Shown here: positions 46,706 to 60,267 of the stretch, in pieces | How the letters are laid out: each line of letters starts with the position of its first letter | Numbering within the stretch: the stretch's first letter is position 1 | From: Aplysia californica | Lineage: Eukaryota | DNA length: 64,000 nucleotides | Direction of reading: 5' to 3' | Assembly: GCF_000002075.1 (NCBI RefSeq) | Contig: NW_004797486.1 | Coordinates: 929,806 to 993,805 of the forward strand | The notes under the pieces: model-generated | Told to the model about the DNA's origin: nothing | Seen by the model: only the letters and a program-made list of their open reading frames with translations | The model's database searches: none | Program-made: the position numbers and the translations under genes

Positions 46706-47223
46706 GGGGGCTATCGTGGCCTAGAGATTAAGGTGTTGGCCTCTCATTCAAAGGTCCCGGGTTCGAATCATGGTAGTGACCGAAAAATTTTCTACTCTAA
46801 ATTTGTCTCCTTTCACCTCCTTTCCTGCTCTCTAGCAATGTTCTGTCGTCTGCTTTCGTCTCCTCTTTCTGCCCCCACCCCCTCATCTCCTTTGCCCCCC
46901 TCCTCTGGGCTCCTGATTCTTTCTACAGCCTTTCTACTGCTACTCCTTGGCTTCTTCTTACTACTGTCTTTCAGCCACACCCCTGATCTTCTGGTAGGAA
47001 AGATCTACACCTAGCCTTCTCAGACAAAGGTAAAAAATCTCGGAGGGCGCGCATGCAAGTTGCGCACGATTAAGATCCCTTGGTGGTCTAAAATCGATAA
47101 GAGTAGGCTTCGGCCGTCACCCGGGCAAAATTCAAAATTTCCTACCAACTGAAAAGTTTAATGTGTCCCGCGCGCTCATATGACCTTATGCAGTTGCGAG
47201 CGCCGTAAAACACTTTAAAAAAA
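46706..47223 (+). mobile_element. Full-length SINE family S1 with target-site duplication
   Basis: TSD aaaaatgagg(a/c)ttc at 46692-46705 and 47224-47237; A/B boxes; LINE-like tail and poly-A. Confidence 0.9.
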
Positions 47224-47319
47224 AAAAATGAGGCTTCAACAGGACCATTAAACTTAAACACTATAAATACTTTCTTTTCTCGTGATTTTTTTGGAGGAGA
47301 CTTAAAATGGATATGATAC

Positions 47320-47415
47320 CTGGTGCTCTTCCACTAAGTCTATCAGTTGGGCATCTGTGTCTCTCTTCTTCGAGTGTGTCACATTTATCTCTTGAACAAC
47401 TCCAAGATAGTAAAC
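47320..47415 (-). CDS. ITGB1BP1: ICAP-1-like gene, exon 3 (VYYLGVVQEINVTHSKKRDTDAQLIDLVEEHQ)
   Basis: cag/gtatca borders, 96 nt; PTB beta1 (YLG) and helix. Confidence 0.85.
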
Positions 47416-48559
47416 CTGGAACAGATCAAGGAAAAAACAAAATTAGAAAATGTATGTGTAATCTGATAGAGAAAAGATGTAGTACACGTATACATCAATT
47501 GATCAATACAAATATAAAAACAAATCATCCAATAAAACAGTTGATCGAGAGTTCCCAGAGTAAAAAACTACTAAAATAAAAAAAATAATCAGCTTTGTCA
47601 TACCACTAAAAAGTTCTTCTGATGACATTTCTTGCATTTCCCACACTAGTGCCGTTTGACCTTCCATTTTCTTTCTTTTTTTCTCTTTGTACTTACCCTT
47701 GCTTTTCATATTTCTCTTTGTACCCCTGCTAGACGTCAAGGAGTAACTGGCTGTAAGATCATCTTTTGGAGAAGTTGATTTTATATAGGTATTTTATCTA
47801 CATAGAATATAAAATCATTACTAGCCAGACAGCCAGTCACCTGCCGCGTTGAATGTACAGTCAAACTTCTCTATGCCGCCAGCCTTGCTTACCACCACAT
47901 TTTGCCAATGTAGGAAAAGATATATGCCTAAATAATGCAGTATCCGAGTCCTTACACCGACATACGGTAACTCTTTGAGTTGTACGTTCCTTATTAAAAC
48001 AACATGAAATTGCCCTGCTATACCACAAGAGGTAATAAACTACATGGCGCATGGTACCCATTCACCAGCTGCTTGATAATATTTCTTCCAAGCCACCTTG
48101 GACCCTGGCCCACGTTCAAAATATGTGAGAATGCCAGGCATCAGCCTGACGACCTCAAGGCTGGTGGGCACCTGCCAAGCTATTATTTTGTGAGGACTCA
48201 CACTCACGTCCACATGACAGGTCACTGAGGTGGCCAAAGGACTGATGATCATTGGGTAAAAAACTGTTTATCTACAGGCACCTTGACATATAGAGCCTAG
48301 CTTCTGATCCACCAGAAATTTTCAATTTGAATTATAACATGGAGTTTGAAAGGGTAATTTGCAGACACACAATCAAATAAAAAAGTAAGAACATAAAACA
48401 TACACATGTCATTTCCCTTGATGCTGGGCAGTTAGGGCTATTTAAAAGTGGAACCCTGTTAACCATTTGCCCCACTATATCAACAACTTCGTGCTCAACC
48501 CAAAGGAAGTTAGATTGTACTCTTATCTATACTGGCTAGAGTGGTTTCAGTTTCAGTTT

Positions 48560-48825
48560 TGAGTTGGAATTATTTTGAATTTTGCCTGGGTGGTGGCCTG
48601 AAGGGTCTACTCTCTCCAATTTAAGAATCACAAAGGGATCTTTAACATGCAAACTTTGCAAATGAGATCTCCAAATTTTTCATTCTTCTGAAAAGACTGA
48701 GTGCTTGACCCTACCTACCCTAGGATCAAGAACTATAGAAAAAACGAGAACCCCCCCTCCCCCATGATGGCCGGGATCGAACTCCAGACCTCCGGGTTGA
48801 CTTGTGAACACCATTGTTGAGTTAC
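48560..48825 (-). mobile_element. Old S1-related SINE lacking the CT-rich segment
   Basis: Minus strand gagttcgatccc head then gcatgttaaagatccc...gagtag...ggcaaaattcaaaat shared with S1. Confidence 0.6.
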
Positions 48826-49286
48826 GGAGTCCCCTTATTTTCTTACAATTTTCCTTTCTCTTTTTCTCCTGACTTCTTTCATACATTCTCAGGCCTTTCT
48901 TCCTTTTGATTCATATATATATCAATTTCACTATTTCTTCTCTAATGACGATTTCCCAAAAAAGTAGGCCTACATTATCTTAATTAACTCGTGAACCTGT
49001 CAGAAATCCATTACAATGTTCTTTTAAGACTGCACACAGATTTTTAATTCTCTTCTTGACAGTCCAAAAGTAAGATTAAGATTAATAGAATAAAAAATTA
49101 CTATTATAACTATTATAATAATTATTATAATGCAGGCGGAATACACCTTCCACAGAGGGGCTGCAGACCATAAACATGAGAAACGCAAGTGTGCTACAGC
49201 TGTGGAGATTTGCCTTTGTAATGTTCAACATGCAAAAGGACATAAATTGCCATTAAAAGGTTTATAAAAAAAGCAGAGACAGATAC

Positions 49287-49376
49287 CTTGAAATAAATTC
49301 TTTGGTGTAAAATCTTATCCACAGCCTCTTTTCCCTCTTTGGTGCTTGGGGATAAATTTTCATTGCTGGAACCACT
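49287..49376 (-). CDS. ITGB1BP1: ICAP-1-like gene, exon 2 (SGSSNENLSPSTKEGKEAVDKILHQRIYFK)
   Basis: Polypyrimidine + cag acceptor, gtatct donor, 90 nt, joins in frame to give F-K-V-Y-Y-L-G. Confidence 0.8.
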
Positions 49377-49569
49377 CTGTATGGAACAAAAACAGATAAA
49401 TTGCAATTTTCAAACACAAGATGCAATCACTACAGTAACGTAAAAGCAAAAAAGAAATTAAAAAATCACAATATTCTATTGTTTAGGAGGCCTACACAGA
49501 TGAGGGTACCCAAGTTGTGGGAATCTGGGCAACTGTTCAGCTCTGCCTTTCCTGTTAACATGAGGGTAA

Positions 49570-50362
49570 GATTGTACTTTACCGGACCACCGGTCGGAAC
49601 TACTTTCGCTATGGCGCCCCTGGTGCCTAGTGGCCCGCTATTCTTCCTTTCCAACTCCACTACTCATTCTCCTACTCAGTTTTCTACGTCCTCACCCTTC
49701 GACAGCCCACAATCGACTGACGTCTCTTACCGGGTTTTTCAGTCATCACGACCCTGACATCTTGAGGCTAACTGGTCAATCTAATCACGTGGTCCACTAT
49801 TCTTATTTGCTCGCGACTCAGCTGGCTTGGCCTACTCCTGGTCCGGCAAAGTACAATGGAGGGCTAGAGATGTGCACGAGAGCTCATTTGCATAATTGCA
49901 ACCCCCTCAGCCCTGCTTGCGACTTGGCGAGTATCTACCCCGATTGTCCGCTCATGTTATTGTTTAAATATGTGTGTGTGTCTTTAAATTATTGTTGCCA
50001 GGGGGGCTAGCCCCCCTGAAACCCCCCCCTCCCCCCACTGTTGTTACATTGATAAGTAAACACGACTGTCCGCTCATGTTATTGTTTCGCATTGTTTTCT
50101 TTAATGTTTCACCCCCCCTCCCTCTCCCCACTGTTGGTATGATACACGGTGGTCCACCAAAGTTAAATCCCCTGACCACTCTCAACCACCACCTCTCGCT
50201 CACCTCGCCTCGCCAGTCGCCGCTGGCTTGCGCTGTGCATGTGCGAAGTCGCCCGCGGAACTACCTTTTGTCCGCACATAGAGTACTATATATGAGTGCA
50301 TAGTTAGGCTAGGCGTGCGTAGTAATCACGGGCCGAGACGGGTGGTCCGGTACAGTACAATC
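49570..50362. mobile_element. Non-autonomous DNA transposon (TIR element)
   Basis: gattgtact(t/g)taccggaccacc inverted at both ends; no clear TSD. Confidence 0.65.
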
Positions 50363-51217
50363 CAGCCAACATGAGTACTTTGTATAAAGTAGTGACGTCG
50401 AAATAGAATATAAGCATGCCTTACTGGCACTCTTAATACTCTTGTAACTCATCATTTTGATCCTTCTATTCTTAGCACTACAGTAGGCCTACAGTGAAAC
50501 TCCGATTCAACGAACTCGGATTCAACTCAAGGAGATGGATTCCCTGTTTTCTTTCATTCATTAAAATCAATAAAAATTTGGATTCAATGAATACATAAAT
50601 GAACAAGCTCAGATTCAACGAAATTCAGCAAAAATTACGGCAATTTCGCCCCTAAAAACAGTGCATATCTGCGAACGGGTCGGCGCTTTTTCGGAAGTTC
50701 CCATCCCGCAATTGTTATTAGCCGGTTTAGGCCTCAAGAGAGGGGGGTTTCGGGGGGGCTTGCCCCCCTGAATTTTACCATAATTTGATGTTTTGCACTT
50801 GTTAGGTTTGATATCTAAGCTCGCATCAAACGTATAGATCTCAATGTAGGTCAGGCTCAAAATATAAGGGGGGTGGGAACTACCGAAAAAACACCAACGG
50901 GTCTTGGGTAATAAATTTACGGAATAGACAGCTCTTTTCCAGGCATCAATAAGAAAAGGGCTAAGGCTAAAGTTTAATAAAGTGAAATTAAAATTTTTTT
51001 TTATTGGCATTGCTCTACCGTATATCTAGACCAGATCTAAATCTAGAGATAAGATATAGAGCATGCCAATAAGAAAAAAGATATAGAGCATGCCAATAAG
51101 ATATTAAAGAAGAATAGTAGTAGAGAATAGAAACAGTGACAGTACTGACAGACACTACAGTACAGTAGTACAGGACAGGACAGGCCACATGGGCGTGTCC
51201 CCTTAGTATGCACATAC

Positions 51218-51286
51218 CAGTTGGCTGTCCATAGATTCACGGCTTCCATTCTGATGACCTTTAGATTTCGAAGCAAATCGAAACAT
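51218..51286 (-). CDS. ITGB1BP1: ICAP-1-like gene, exon 1 (MFRFASKSKGHQNGSRESMDSQL)
   Basis: aaaATG context, gtatgt donor, phase 0; N-terminus MFR as in ICAP-1. Confidence 0.78.
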
Positions 51287-51922
51287 TTTTTGTCTTTTGT
51301 GTTGGTTTATAAGTAGATAATTGAACTATTCAAGGCCGAGTAATTTGAACCTCCACTCACACTCCATTGTTTACATCGGAGACGCTCCTGTTGACCAGGT
51401 ACGAGTCCAGACCCCAGTACGCAAACAAGAATCTTTTCTAATATGGAATTAATACAGCATACGATTCTTTACGCATTACAAGTGTTTAATTCGAATTCAA
51501 AAGATTGTTTTAGATGTCCTGTCTGTACTGGTAAGCTAAAAGTCAGAAGAAATATCAAAATGGTAAACAACAGGATTCTTTCAAGTTGCCCTTAGGTAAG
51601 AAAATCTTTGCCTATACGGCAAGGACCCCAGAGTAAAAAGTCTATTTATAACCTCATTGCTCTCACAACAACTTCTGTTGGTGTTGGCCGGTGTTGGTTT
51701 GTCTTGGTTATAAGGGCAGAATAATGTCCAAAGCTGTTTCAAAAAGCAACAACCCCCTGCCCTCATTAAAATAACCTAAAATAATTAAAAGTGGTAATGA
51801 TTGGGTCATATACACATAGTGAAATATTTGAGCTATACCTTAAGTTATATACTCAAATACTATTCATTAAAGGTTTAAAGTCATTTTGCTCGCTCCTAAG
51901 GTTGTTTATTCCGTTGTCAAAC
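51287..51922. promoter_or_regulatory. Bidirectional promoter region ITGB1BP1 / RSPH10B
   Basis: Divergent start codons only ~640 bp apart. Confidence 0.6.
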
Positions 51923-52134
51923 ATGGCGTCGAAAGAGAAGAAGAAGGGTGAGAAAAGGAGCGGTAAGAAAACAGATGCTGAGGAGGAGAAAAAGGTAGAA
52001 ACACCGGTCACGGACTGCGTGGATACACCATCAGAAGATGCGACCAATGCAGAACCCGCTGAGGAGCCTCCTCGAGATCCAACACCAGAACCTACTTACG
52101 ATGAACCTGCACTTTCTGAGCTCATTGTCGAAAG
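51923..52134 (+). CDS. RSPH10B: Radial spoke head 10 homolog B, exon 1
   Basis: MASKEKKKGEK...YDEPALSELIVE; aacATGg context; donor gtagac, phase 2. Confidence 0.88.
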
Positions 52135-52791
52135 GTAGACCGTAGACTGACTACTAGTAGAGTACTTTAGCTTGGCTCTAGCTTAACTGTTTACGTAGGA
52201 GTTCCTAAAACTACCTTCAAGAAATAAACAAAAGTCAGTAGGAATCGACAAAAAAACGTATTCCTTAGTCGAAGGACTATTCCCTGTTTTATCAGTGCAA
52301 AATTTGCCGAAAATCAGCTCAAATTAGCATTTCTATTATAAAAGATACGCCTTGAGTAAGACTGACGGTGGCCTCACGCTTATCAGGGGACATTTTTAGG
52401 GTGTTCTCATTCAAATAACGATATCTCCTTTGTTTTACTGCACCCTCGCCTATGGTCTTAAATGAAAGATAATGGAAAATAGGCCTACTAAAATTTTTCT
52501 TTAGGCCTATTACTAGCTGATGTAATCTTTGTGTTATCGTCGAGGAAAGGGACATTTTTGCATTTCTCTGTGGACAGTGAATGGCACACGTTTTGCTTGC
52601 AGTAACCCTTTGAGAGAAAGCCTTCAGTTCAAGCCATGCTTCAGCTCAAACTTTCACCTTTTGCACTCCTAAGCGGGGCTTCTTTTTTCCGAAACCTATC
52701 AAAACTCATTGAAACCGTCCGAAACCTACCGAAACCTTCCGAAACTGTGATATCTATGAAGGATCATGGCAAGATCAGAGAGAAAGGGTTT

Positions 52792-52794
<3 letters not shown>

Positions 52795-52848
<54 letters not shown>
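52795..52848. repeat. (AG)n microsatellite
   Basis: Directly visible. Confidence 0.95.
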
Positions 52849-52853
<5 letters not shown>

Positions 52854-54769
52854 ATATTGAGATTGTTTAAAGACTTTTTCCTTGGTAGGAGATATAGGAG
52901 GGACAGGTGGGGAGGGGGGGATTTTTGGTGGAGAGAAAAATAACCAAGAGAGAGAAGAATGAGGATATATAGGGTGGGGTGGGCAGAAAGGGAGTGGGGG
53001 GGGGGGGGCGGCACAGATTAGAGAAAAGAAACAAACAGCATGACGAGAGAAGAGGTTTTCCTTGAGAGTAAATCGATGCATACCTGACCTCACATTGGAT
53101 ACAGCGAGTGTCCTCTGTTTCAACGATGCAGATCCCAGGGATAGGTGGCCGGCTTTTTCTGTCTTTTTCTTAGGTTCTGCATTAGGGACTGTAGTAAACT
53201 ACAGTTTAATCAGCTTATATCGACATGCTTTAGGAAGTGAATTTGAGGTTGATACATATATATAAATGTCGATGAATGAAAATATATAAAGCCAAAGAGG
53301 AAAAAAACAAGGGGAGGTCTGCGGTAAAAAGACAACACTATTTTTTAAAGTATATGTTTTGGGCCTCGTCCCAGTTCCCCCCACTCTCCCCTATGGATAA
53401 AATTTTTCCCTGGACATCCTACGGTTTAGTTTTTCAAGTACAAGTATGTATTACCCATCAAAATGTTCAGAAAAAAAAAGAATGTAAAATTGTTGACATT
53501 AAAATTGCATGCACACTGTCTATTATCCAAATTGGCCCAAGGACTGATCAGCAGGGTTAAAAAAAGCTACCTAAAATCTACAGAACAAGGGGAGGGGAGG
53601 TTGGGATGGGCAGGGGAGGGAGCAAATTGGTGTAAAGCTCTAAATCAAGACCTATAGCTTGCTGAGATGTGTGTGGGAGAGAGATAATCAAGTACCCACT
53701 GAGTGGGTGCTGTGTATGATACTTAGTGTGCACCTCTGTAAACTCTGTTATTATGATGTGATGTGATTGTGCGCATCTTGAGTGCCGAACTTGGTTCTTT
53801 ATTATTGGTTCAATGCCATACTTAATTGATGTAGGCCTAATATTACAGATTTGTTGAGCATTTTTTCACGTGTGAGTGGTAACTTCAGTGTAGTCCTTTG
53901 ATTACAGAGGAACCTTCTTTCTAAGCCACCCTAAGCAAAGAGGGGGGGGTCTGAGTAGGCAGTTAAAAGAAAATTGAAAGGGATTGGCTTCAGAGATATA
54001 TTCATCATTATCTCTATATTATTATTATATAAAAGATTGTACCGCCACTTAGCTGTTTTTCTCGCATGGAAGTAGGTGTCTCTGTATCAGTATCAAAATT
54101 AAATGAAGGGGCGTATGTAGTAGTACTACAGTTTTTTAGTAAGAAGGCCTATAATGCGAGTATTCAGTGGAACACTGTATATTAGTGTTGTCATACTATT
54201 CCCTGAGCATAATTTTATTCTTGGCGCAACCTTCTTCGGAAGTGGCGCCACGCCCCTATTCGTGTCTCACATTTTGAAACAACCCNNNNNNNNNNNNNNN
54301 NNNNNNNNNNNNNNNNNNNNNNNNNNNNNNNNNNNNNNNNNNNNNNNNNNNNNNNNNNNNNNNNNNNNNNNNNNNNNNNNNNNNNNNNNNNNNNNNNNNN
54401 NNNNNNNNNNNNNNNNNNNNNNNNNNNNNNNNNNNNNNGTTTCATTTATAGCACTGTGTGTTCAGATATCTCACTGCAGTTGGTACGAATTAACTTGCTG
54501 TTTTGGAAATATATATAGTTTACTGTAGGTTGAAAATTGAAATTCCGATATCAGTGGGTGGCTATGGTAACTTAGCATTATTTCCGTCTTTTTTTTTAGA
54601 ATGGTTGATTTGTGCAGATATTCAAAGTTACTTAGGTCTCTACCAATGTTCTTGATGCCTTTCTGATCAACATATTTATTTTTATGATGTGCTGTCTTCC
54701 CAAATTGCTACTCTGTATTTTGTTCCTTCTTGAGTACTTTAATCTTCTTGTTTTTATTACTTTCATAAG

Positions 54770-54845
54770 TTTTGAAGGTGAAAAGGTGAAGGGTCTGTAT
54801 GAGGGAGAAGGAGAAGCACAGTTCACTGGAGGCCACTATTACAAG
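54770..54845 (+). CDS. RSPH10B: RSPH10B exon 2 (FEGEKVKGLYEGEGEAQFTGGHYYK)
   Basis: First MORN repeat, matches YEGEKVRGLYEGEG pattern; phases consistent. Confidence 0.92.
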
Positions 54846-55167
54846 GTAAACAATTTCATTTCTTGAAAATGTTATCCAAAAAAGTTAAAACTCGTAAAAG
54901 AGCAACCTTACATTGTTATCTATTATCAGTAAATTTATTAAATTCTTTATTTGATAACGCCATTCTTATACCTTTGCGTTCAATTTTTGTTAAAAAACTG
55001 AAATTTTGCAAATACAAATTTGAAAACATGTAAACTATCTTTTGGGTCATAAATTGCTTTCAGTGCAGTAGTTTTTGGTATGATATAAAGATATGAAGAC
55101 TAAATGTCTTAAGATTATGGTTTATTTAATGCTCCTGTGCCAAAATATTTATTGTGTTATATTTTAA

Positions 55168-55284
<117 letters not shown>

Positions 55285-55599
55285 TGATGTGATGATGGGC
55301 TAAAAGGCCTAATTCTCCCAACCCTTTTCCTAAGTAAATGAATGTTTCTGAATGAAATATGTCATTGAAAGTATTTTGAATGCATGCAGTGAATGCATAT
55401 TGAGTGATCAATAGGTATGCTTGCTCGTTTATCCTGTAAATGTTGTCACCATTTACAATGATAATTGGAACTTAACAGCCAGTCAAATGTTTTTAAGACT
55501 CATCAAGTAACTAGTTTGATTCTTCTTTCAACAACAAGTGTGTTCAGTAGCCACAGTGATTGTCTTTTGTGTATATGTTCATTGTCAGATTATGAGTGT

Positions 55600-56032
55600 A
55601 TATGTGAGGCAGTGTGGTGAAATGAGGCGCTCGTCAAAATAATGGAAGTCGAGAAACTGGCATTTTCCCAAAGGTTTTGGAATTTTTATCGAATTTTTTG
55701 TTTTTTTGCCACAACACCTTTCATGCCCTTTAAAAAACAAATTTCTGTGTGGATTTTACTGAAAAACATTGATTAAAGGCCTAAAAGATGTAAATTTTCA
55801 GTTTCCAAGCTAAGGAAATAACTCAATTTTGGCGGCCCTATCTTGCTAATTTTACCTCTGAAACCAGGTGACTCCAACCTCCTTCGATCGCTAATATCTT
55901 GACTTGTTTTCTAGAGAAATGAATTTTTTTTTCATCAAAAGCATGGCAAATGTATAGGCTTTAAGATGATACCAATAACTCCATATGCTCTAAAATTGAC
56001 GAGCGCCTGATTCCACCGCATCTTGACACATA
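55600..56032. mobile_element. MITE in RSPH10B intron
   Basis: Imperfect TIR ...ggtgaaatgaggcgctcgtcaa / ttgacgagcgcctgattccacc... Confidence 0.6.
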
Positions 56033-56235
56033 TGTATTTGAAGGAGTTTTTGTATGTTGAATGGGCCAGTAAGAGGGAGACCTTGATTAAAATTTTATTT
56101 CTCATTGTGAAGCCCCTAGAGTCACCAGGGAGTTGGTGCTGTAAAAGTGATCTTTATTGTTATTATTATGATGATGATGATGATGATTGTTATTATGTTT
56201 ATGGACTAAATTAATATACTCATTTTATTGACCAG

Positions 56236-56294
56236 GGAGACTTTTTGAAGAATCAAGTGACTGGCAAGGGAATGTACACTTGGCCAAATGGCAG
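56236..56294 (+). CDS. RSPH10B: RSPH10B exon 4 (GDFLKNQVTGKGMYTWPNG)
   Basis: MORN repeat; cag/gtatga borders. Confidence 0.92.
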
Positions 56295-56876
56295 GTATGA
56301 ATGAAAAATCGTGTTCATTTTAAGATAAAAAAATGGATATTTTTAACTGATCTTATTCTTGATTTTTCATAAAAGATAACAAACATATTTAGGGCTATTT
56401 TTGCTCCAAATTGCAGGTCTGATTTATAGGATTCTTTCTTATTCTTTTTGTGTCTTATCAGGTATGTGTTTGTCAAAATCTTTTTTTTTTCAAGAAGCTT
56501 TAGAATTCTTGAAAGAGCTCACTATGTCTTCGGTTTTTCTTTCTTTAGATGCATAATTCCAAAGTCATGAGTTTTTTAAATTGGAAAATTAAGAACTGTG
56601 CTTGGATCAGTGTAGATAACTTAAAATATTTCCTATTTTCACACGTAGGATGGATGCTATTGATATTATGATATACACATTGAAAGAATTAGAAACTGAA
56701 AAGTTAAATTTTTGATTTCAGAAACTGTGGAGCTGGCCATCATTTAAATGAATTGCACATGCTTTTAGCAGCACGTTTGTGGGAAATTTGTGATAAGCAT
56801 GTCACATGTGTATTACAATTTTGTTGAGTGAATTAAGATTTCCCCAAAATGTTTTTTACCTGTTGTATTTTAACAG

Positions 56877-56991
56877 CACATATGAGGGGGATGTCTCAAA
56901 CGGCAAGCGTCATGGATTTGGCACTTTCCGTAGTGCAGACAACAGGCTTTCCTACTCTGGAGACTGGGTCTTGGGGAAAAAACAAGGAAAA
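56877..56991 (+). CDS. RSPH10B: RSPH10B exon 5 (TYEGDVSNGKRHGFG...GKKQGK)
   Basis: MORN repeats; cag/gtaagt borders. Confidence 0.92.
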
Positions 56992-57881
56992 GTAAGTTTG
57001 TAGTTAGTTAGAATGAAATATTCCTTTCAAGGGGTCTTTGTAGGGAATTTGAAGATTCAAAGTTTTAGTTTTAATTCAGTACTTTTTGTGTTTAAATAAA
57101 AAATATCAGGCCGTTTCTCTATAATACTTTGCCCTCCCTATCTCATCATATATTGTCAAACCATCTATTTTATGATTGTAAATACAGTGGAACTTGCTCT
57201 TATGGCCACTTGTCCAGGATAATCACCTCTATGAAGGACCACTTGCCATATGCCCCCTTGCGTATTAAAAAAATGTTTTAATAACACTGTCCAAGATGTT
57301 CACATGTCCAGGACAACCTGTTTTTTCCTTGACAATGGGTCGCTATCTTGGACAACTTTTACTGTAATTTTAAGTATTTATGCCCATATCAATGCAAAAT
57401 ACATTTTTTTAGTAGGGAGGCTGCTTATCTATTTGTCTGGGTTAACCTGGGCTGAGCGGACACAAAATCTGAACTGGCAGAGATGTATATTCTTGACAAA
57501 ACTGACTTCTTCATTTTGGATTGAAACTCATGTGTTTTGTTTGCTACATCATAGAGTTTAGCTACTATATCACATACATCGGTAATTTTTTCATCATTTG
57601 TTTGAAGAAATAATACATGTATAGTAAGTTAGGCAGAACAGCATGCCTTCCCATTATCACATTGTAATGACTGCATCTTAGAAAATAAGTTGAAATACAA
57701 CTGATTTATGACTATCTGAAGAAAAATGAAAGATGATGAAAAATGCCTTACAAACTGTTGTAAGAAAATATTTTCTTGTCAACAATTGTTTTTTGCTGTA
57801 AACAGAACTTTTTAATACAAATTGATATGATGCTTAATATTATGAGTGTCATACTTCTGTGTTTATATTTCCATTTCCTAG

Positions 57882-58088
57882 GGCCGTATGGATTATGATG
57901 CTGAAGGAAAGTCATACTATGATGGTGATTGGGTAAATGGCATCAAGCATGGGTGGGGCACCCGTCAGTACCCATCAGGCAACGTCTACCATGGCATGTG
58001 GTTTAACAATGTCAGGCATGGTGAAGGAACAATGAAGTGGTTGGATAGAGACCAGGTCTATGCTGGACAGTGGGAGAATGGCATTCAG
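57882..58088 (+). CDS. RSPH10B: RSPH10B exon 6 (GRMDYDAEGKSYYDGDW...WENGIQ)
   Basis: MORN repeats; tag/gtaaac borders, 207 nt. Confidence 0.93.
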
Positions 58089-58339
58089 GTAAACAGGCGT
58101 AATTATACACTTTTAAAGCTATCAGTAAGTGGAGAAAAATCACTAAAAAGTTGTAAGAAAGCATCAACACAAGAAATATACATTTGATGTTTTGGGNNNN
58201 NNNNNNNNNNNNNNNNNNNNNNNNNNNNNNNNNNNNNNNNNNNNNNNNNNNNNNNNNNNNNNNNNNNNNNNNNNNNNNNNNNNNNNNNNNNNNNNNNNNN
58301 NNNNNNNNNNNNNNNNNNNNNNNNNNAAGCATAGCAATG

Positions 58340-59672
58340 CAGTGGAACTCAGATTCAACGAAAACTCAGATTCAACAAAGGGAGATGGATTCCCCGTTTA
58401 AAAAAATTAATAAAAATCAATAAAAATAAAATAGGATTTAACGAACACATAAATGAGCAAGCTCGGATTCAACAAAGTCGCTTGCTGGGTGAACAGACCC
58501 TGCTGACATGGCTTTGCTTATTTTTTTCCTGCCCACAACGAACCTAATCTATTTCTAGAAACCATCTGTGCCACTTGTATAATGCACCATTACTCGTTTA
58601 GCCTTTGGTTTATATCTTATGTGACCAATCAGCGGTCTTCTTTCGTACCAACATACCTGCTGCTAACATGCACACATGTTTTAGCGTGTGTTGGTGTCAG
58701 GTAGGTGACCAACAGACCTACACATGTGATGTGTGACTGTGTGTGACCTGGTGAGAGCGGGGACAAGCTGTCTGGGTGTGGAATGACAGTAGAGATGCAA
58801 ACACGTCACAGTTATTTTTTTTCTCAGCTACTGATCAATTCTACCAATGATAAGTTAGTCTTGACATAGCCTAGATTGACGTAATGAGTTGTGCGCTGGA
58901 CTGTTGAATCAAACGTTGCCGTATGCTAGGCTCTACACAGCAACATCACTTGTTCGGCAAACAATAAGTTATAGATGATAGATGACACTGTCGTGCATTT
59001 GAAAGAATCAATCCTGTAGCACAGTGTGTCCTTGGTAGAGTTCAGTGTATTTTCTGCAATTTTTCAGCATTACTTTGATATAGCATCAAACGAAAATTTC
59101 TCTCATTTGAAACCAAACTACTTTTGACTGAGAAAGTCGAATACCTGTATTACCTGTCTTGGGCAACAATGTCATTGCACACCGGACAGATAAATAATTG
59201 CTCAGTTCCCCCCATCACCAAAGCCCGCAGGGTATCCATACTGATTGTTTCGGTGGCTGACTGATTATGGCAACGTCTTTCTTTTCCAGATAATTGTACT
59301 TTTCTTCCTTCTCCCCTCTCTATCCCCATTTCCCGCATCCTAATGATTGCGTGGTGTTCTGCTGTCTCCCTGTCTTCTTCATGCCGCAACTTTTTCTCCA
59401 GGGTCTTCAACACTTCTCCTTTGTCAAATTTTGCCTCACCATCACCCACACCACTGCCTGCCAGCCTAACAGCCTCCTCATTGCCTTTCACTTAAGAGTG
59501 CCCAGGACAGAATATCTACGTGATGGCTCTAAGTGACGAATACATTATCGATTAGCTAATCTGTGCTTGTAATTATCTACACAATAACCTCATGTTTTCC
59601 ATAATGAACACTCGGGATTCAACGAATTTGAAGGTCAGGCCTGACAACTTTGTTGAATCTGAATTCCACTGT
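58340..59672. mobile_element. Tc1/mariner-pogo-like non-autonomous element containing a LINE RNase H fragment
   Basis: cagtggaactcagattcaac / gttgaatctgaattccactg-ta TIR; left end also at 50491-50625; minus-strand IFCPGHS.VKGNEEAVRLAG at ~59460-59520. Confidence 0.65.
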
Positions 59673-60267
59673 ACTGTTGGCAAACTTAACACTGAACGTG
59701 TGCTCAGTACTGATACCATTTACAATCTCAAAAGACGACACGAGAGTCTTCTCTGGTCAGGGTTGTTTGGTCTCATTCATACCTTCCTTTTACTTGCAAG
59801 CATATATGTAAAGAAGAGGTTTATATCTTTATATATGCAAGTGTGATGTGCTTATATTCTTCAGAAAGCTATGTCTTGTCATATTGTTGGCTTGTTGATA
59901 CAACTCATGTCAGAGTAATACTATAAATTGTCCACATAGTGTTTTGTTAATCTGCTATAAAACTAGTTTGTGTGTCACCTTGTTTGCACTGTGACTGGAG
60001 TGTGATAGCCAAATGAAGTCTTTTTGTGGCGCATGAGTTAGTTAACAATTTTCTTCATACCTGTGTTGCTTTTAGCTTGGGAGCACTCAGTAACTGCATA
60101 TCCTGTTGATGATATAGCTGTGCGAGCAGAATTATTTACCTGTATTCTGTTTTTCATTTTGCATTGGAGTAAAAGGTACATCTTTTTTGTTTTCGTTTGG
60201 GGGCTCTCTGACAAAAAGTTTTGAAGTGTTTTTTCTCCTGCATAGTGAAATGACCTGCTGAGCTAAA

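Noticed and set aside
47590-47739. Extra ICAP-1 exon with GTAAGT donor
   Set aside because: Candidate lengths (29 or 32 nt) break the frame and exons 2 and 3 already join into a sensible PTB strand.
51251-51285. Hammerhead ribozyme (CTGATGA...GAAA)
   Set aside because: Stem II does not follow the core correctly, stems I/III are missing, and it is the antisense of ICAP-1 exon 1.
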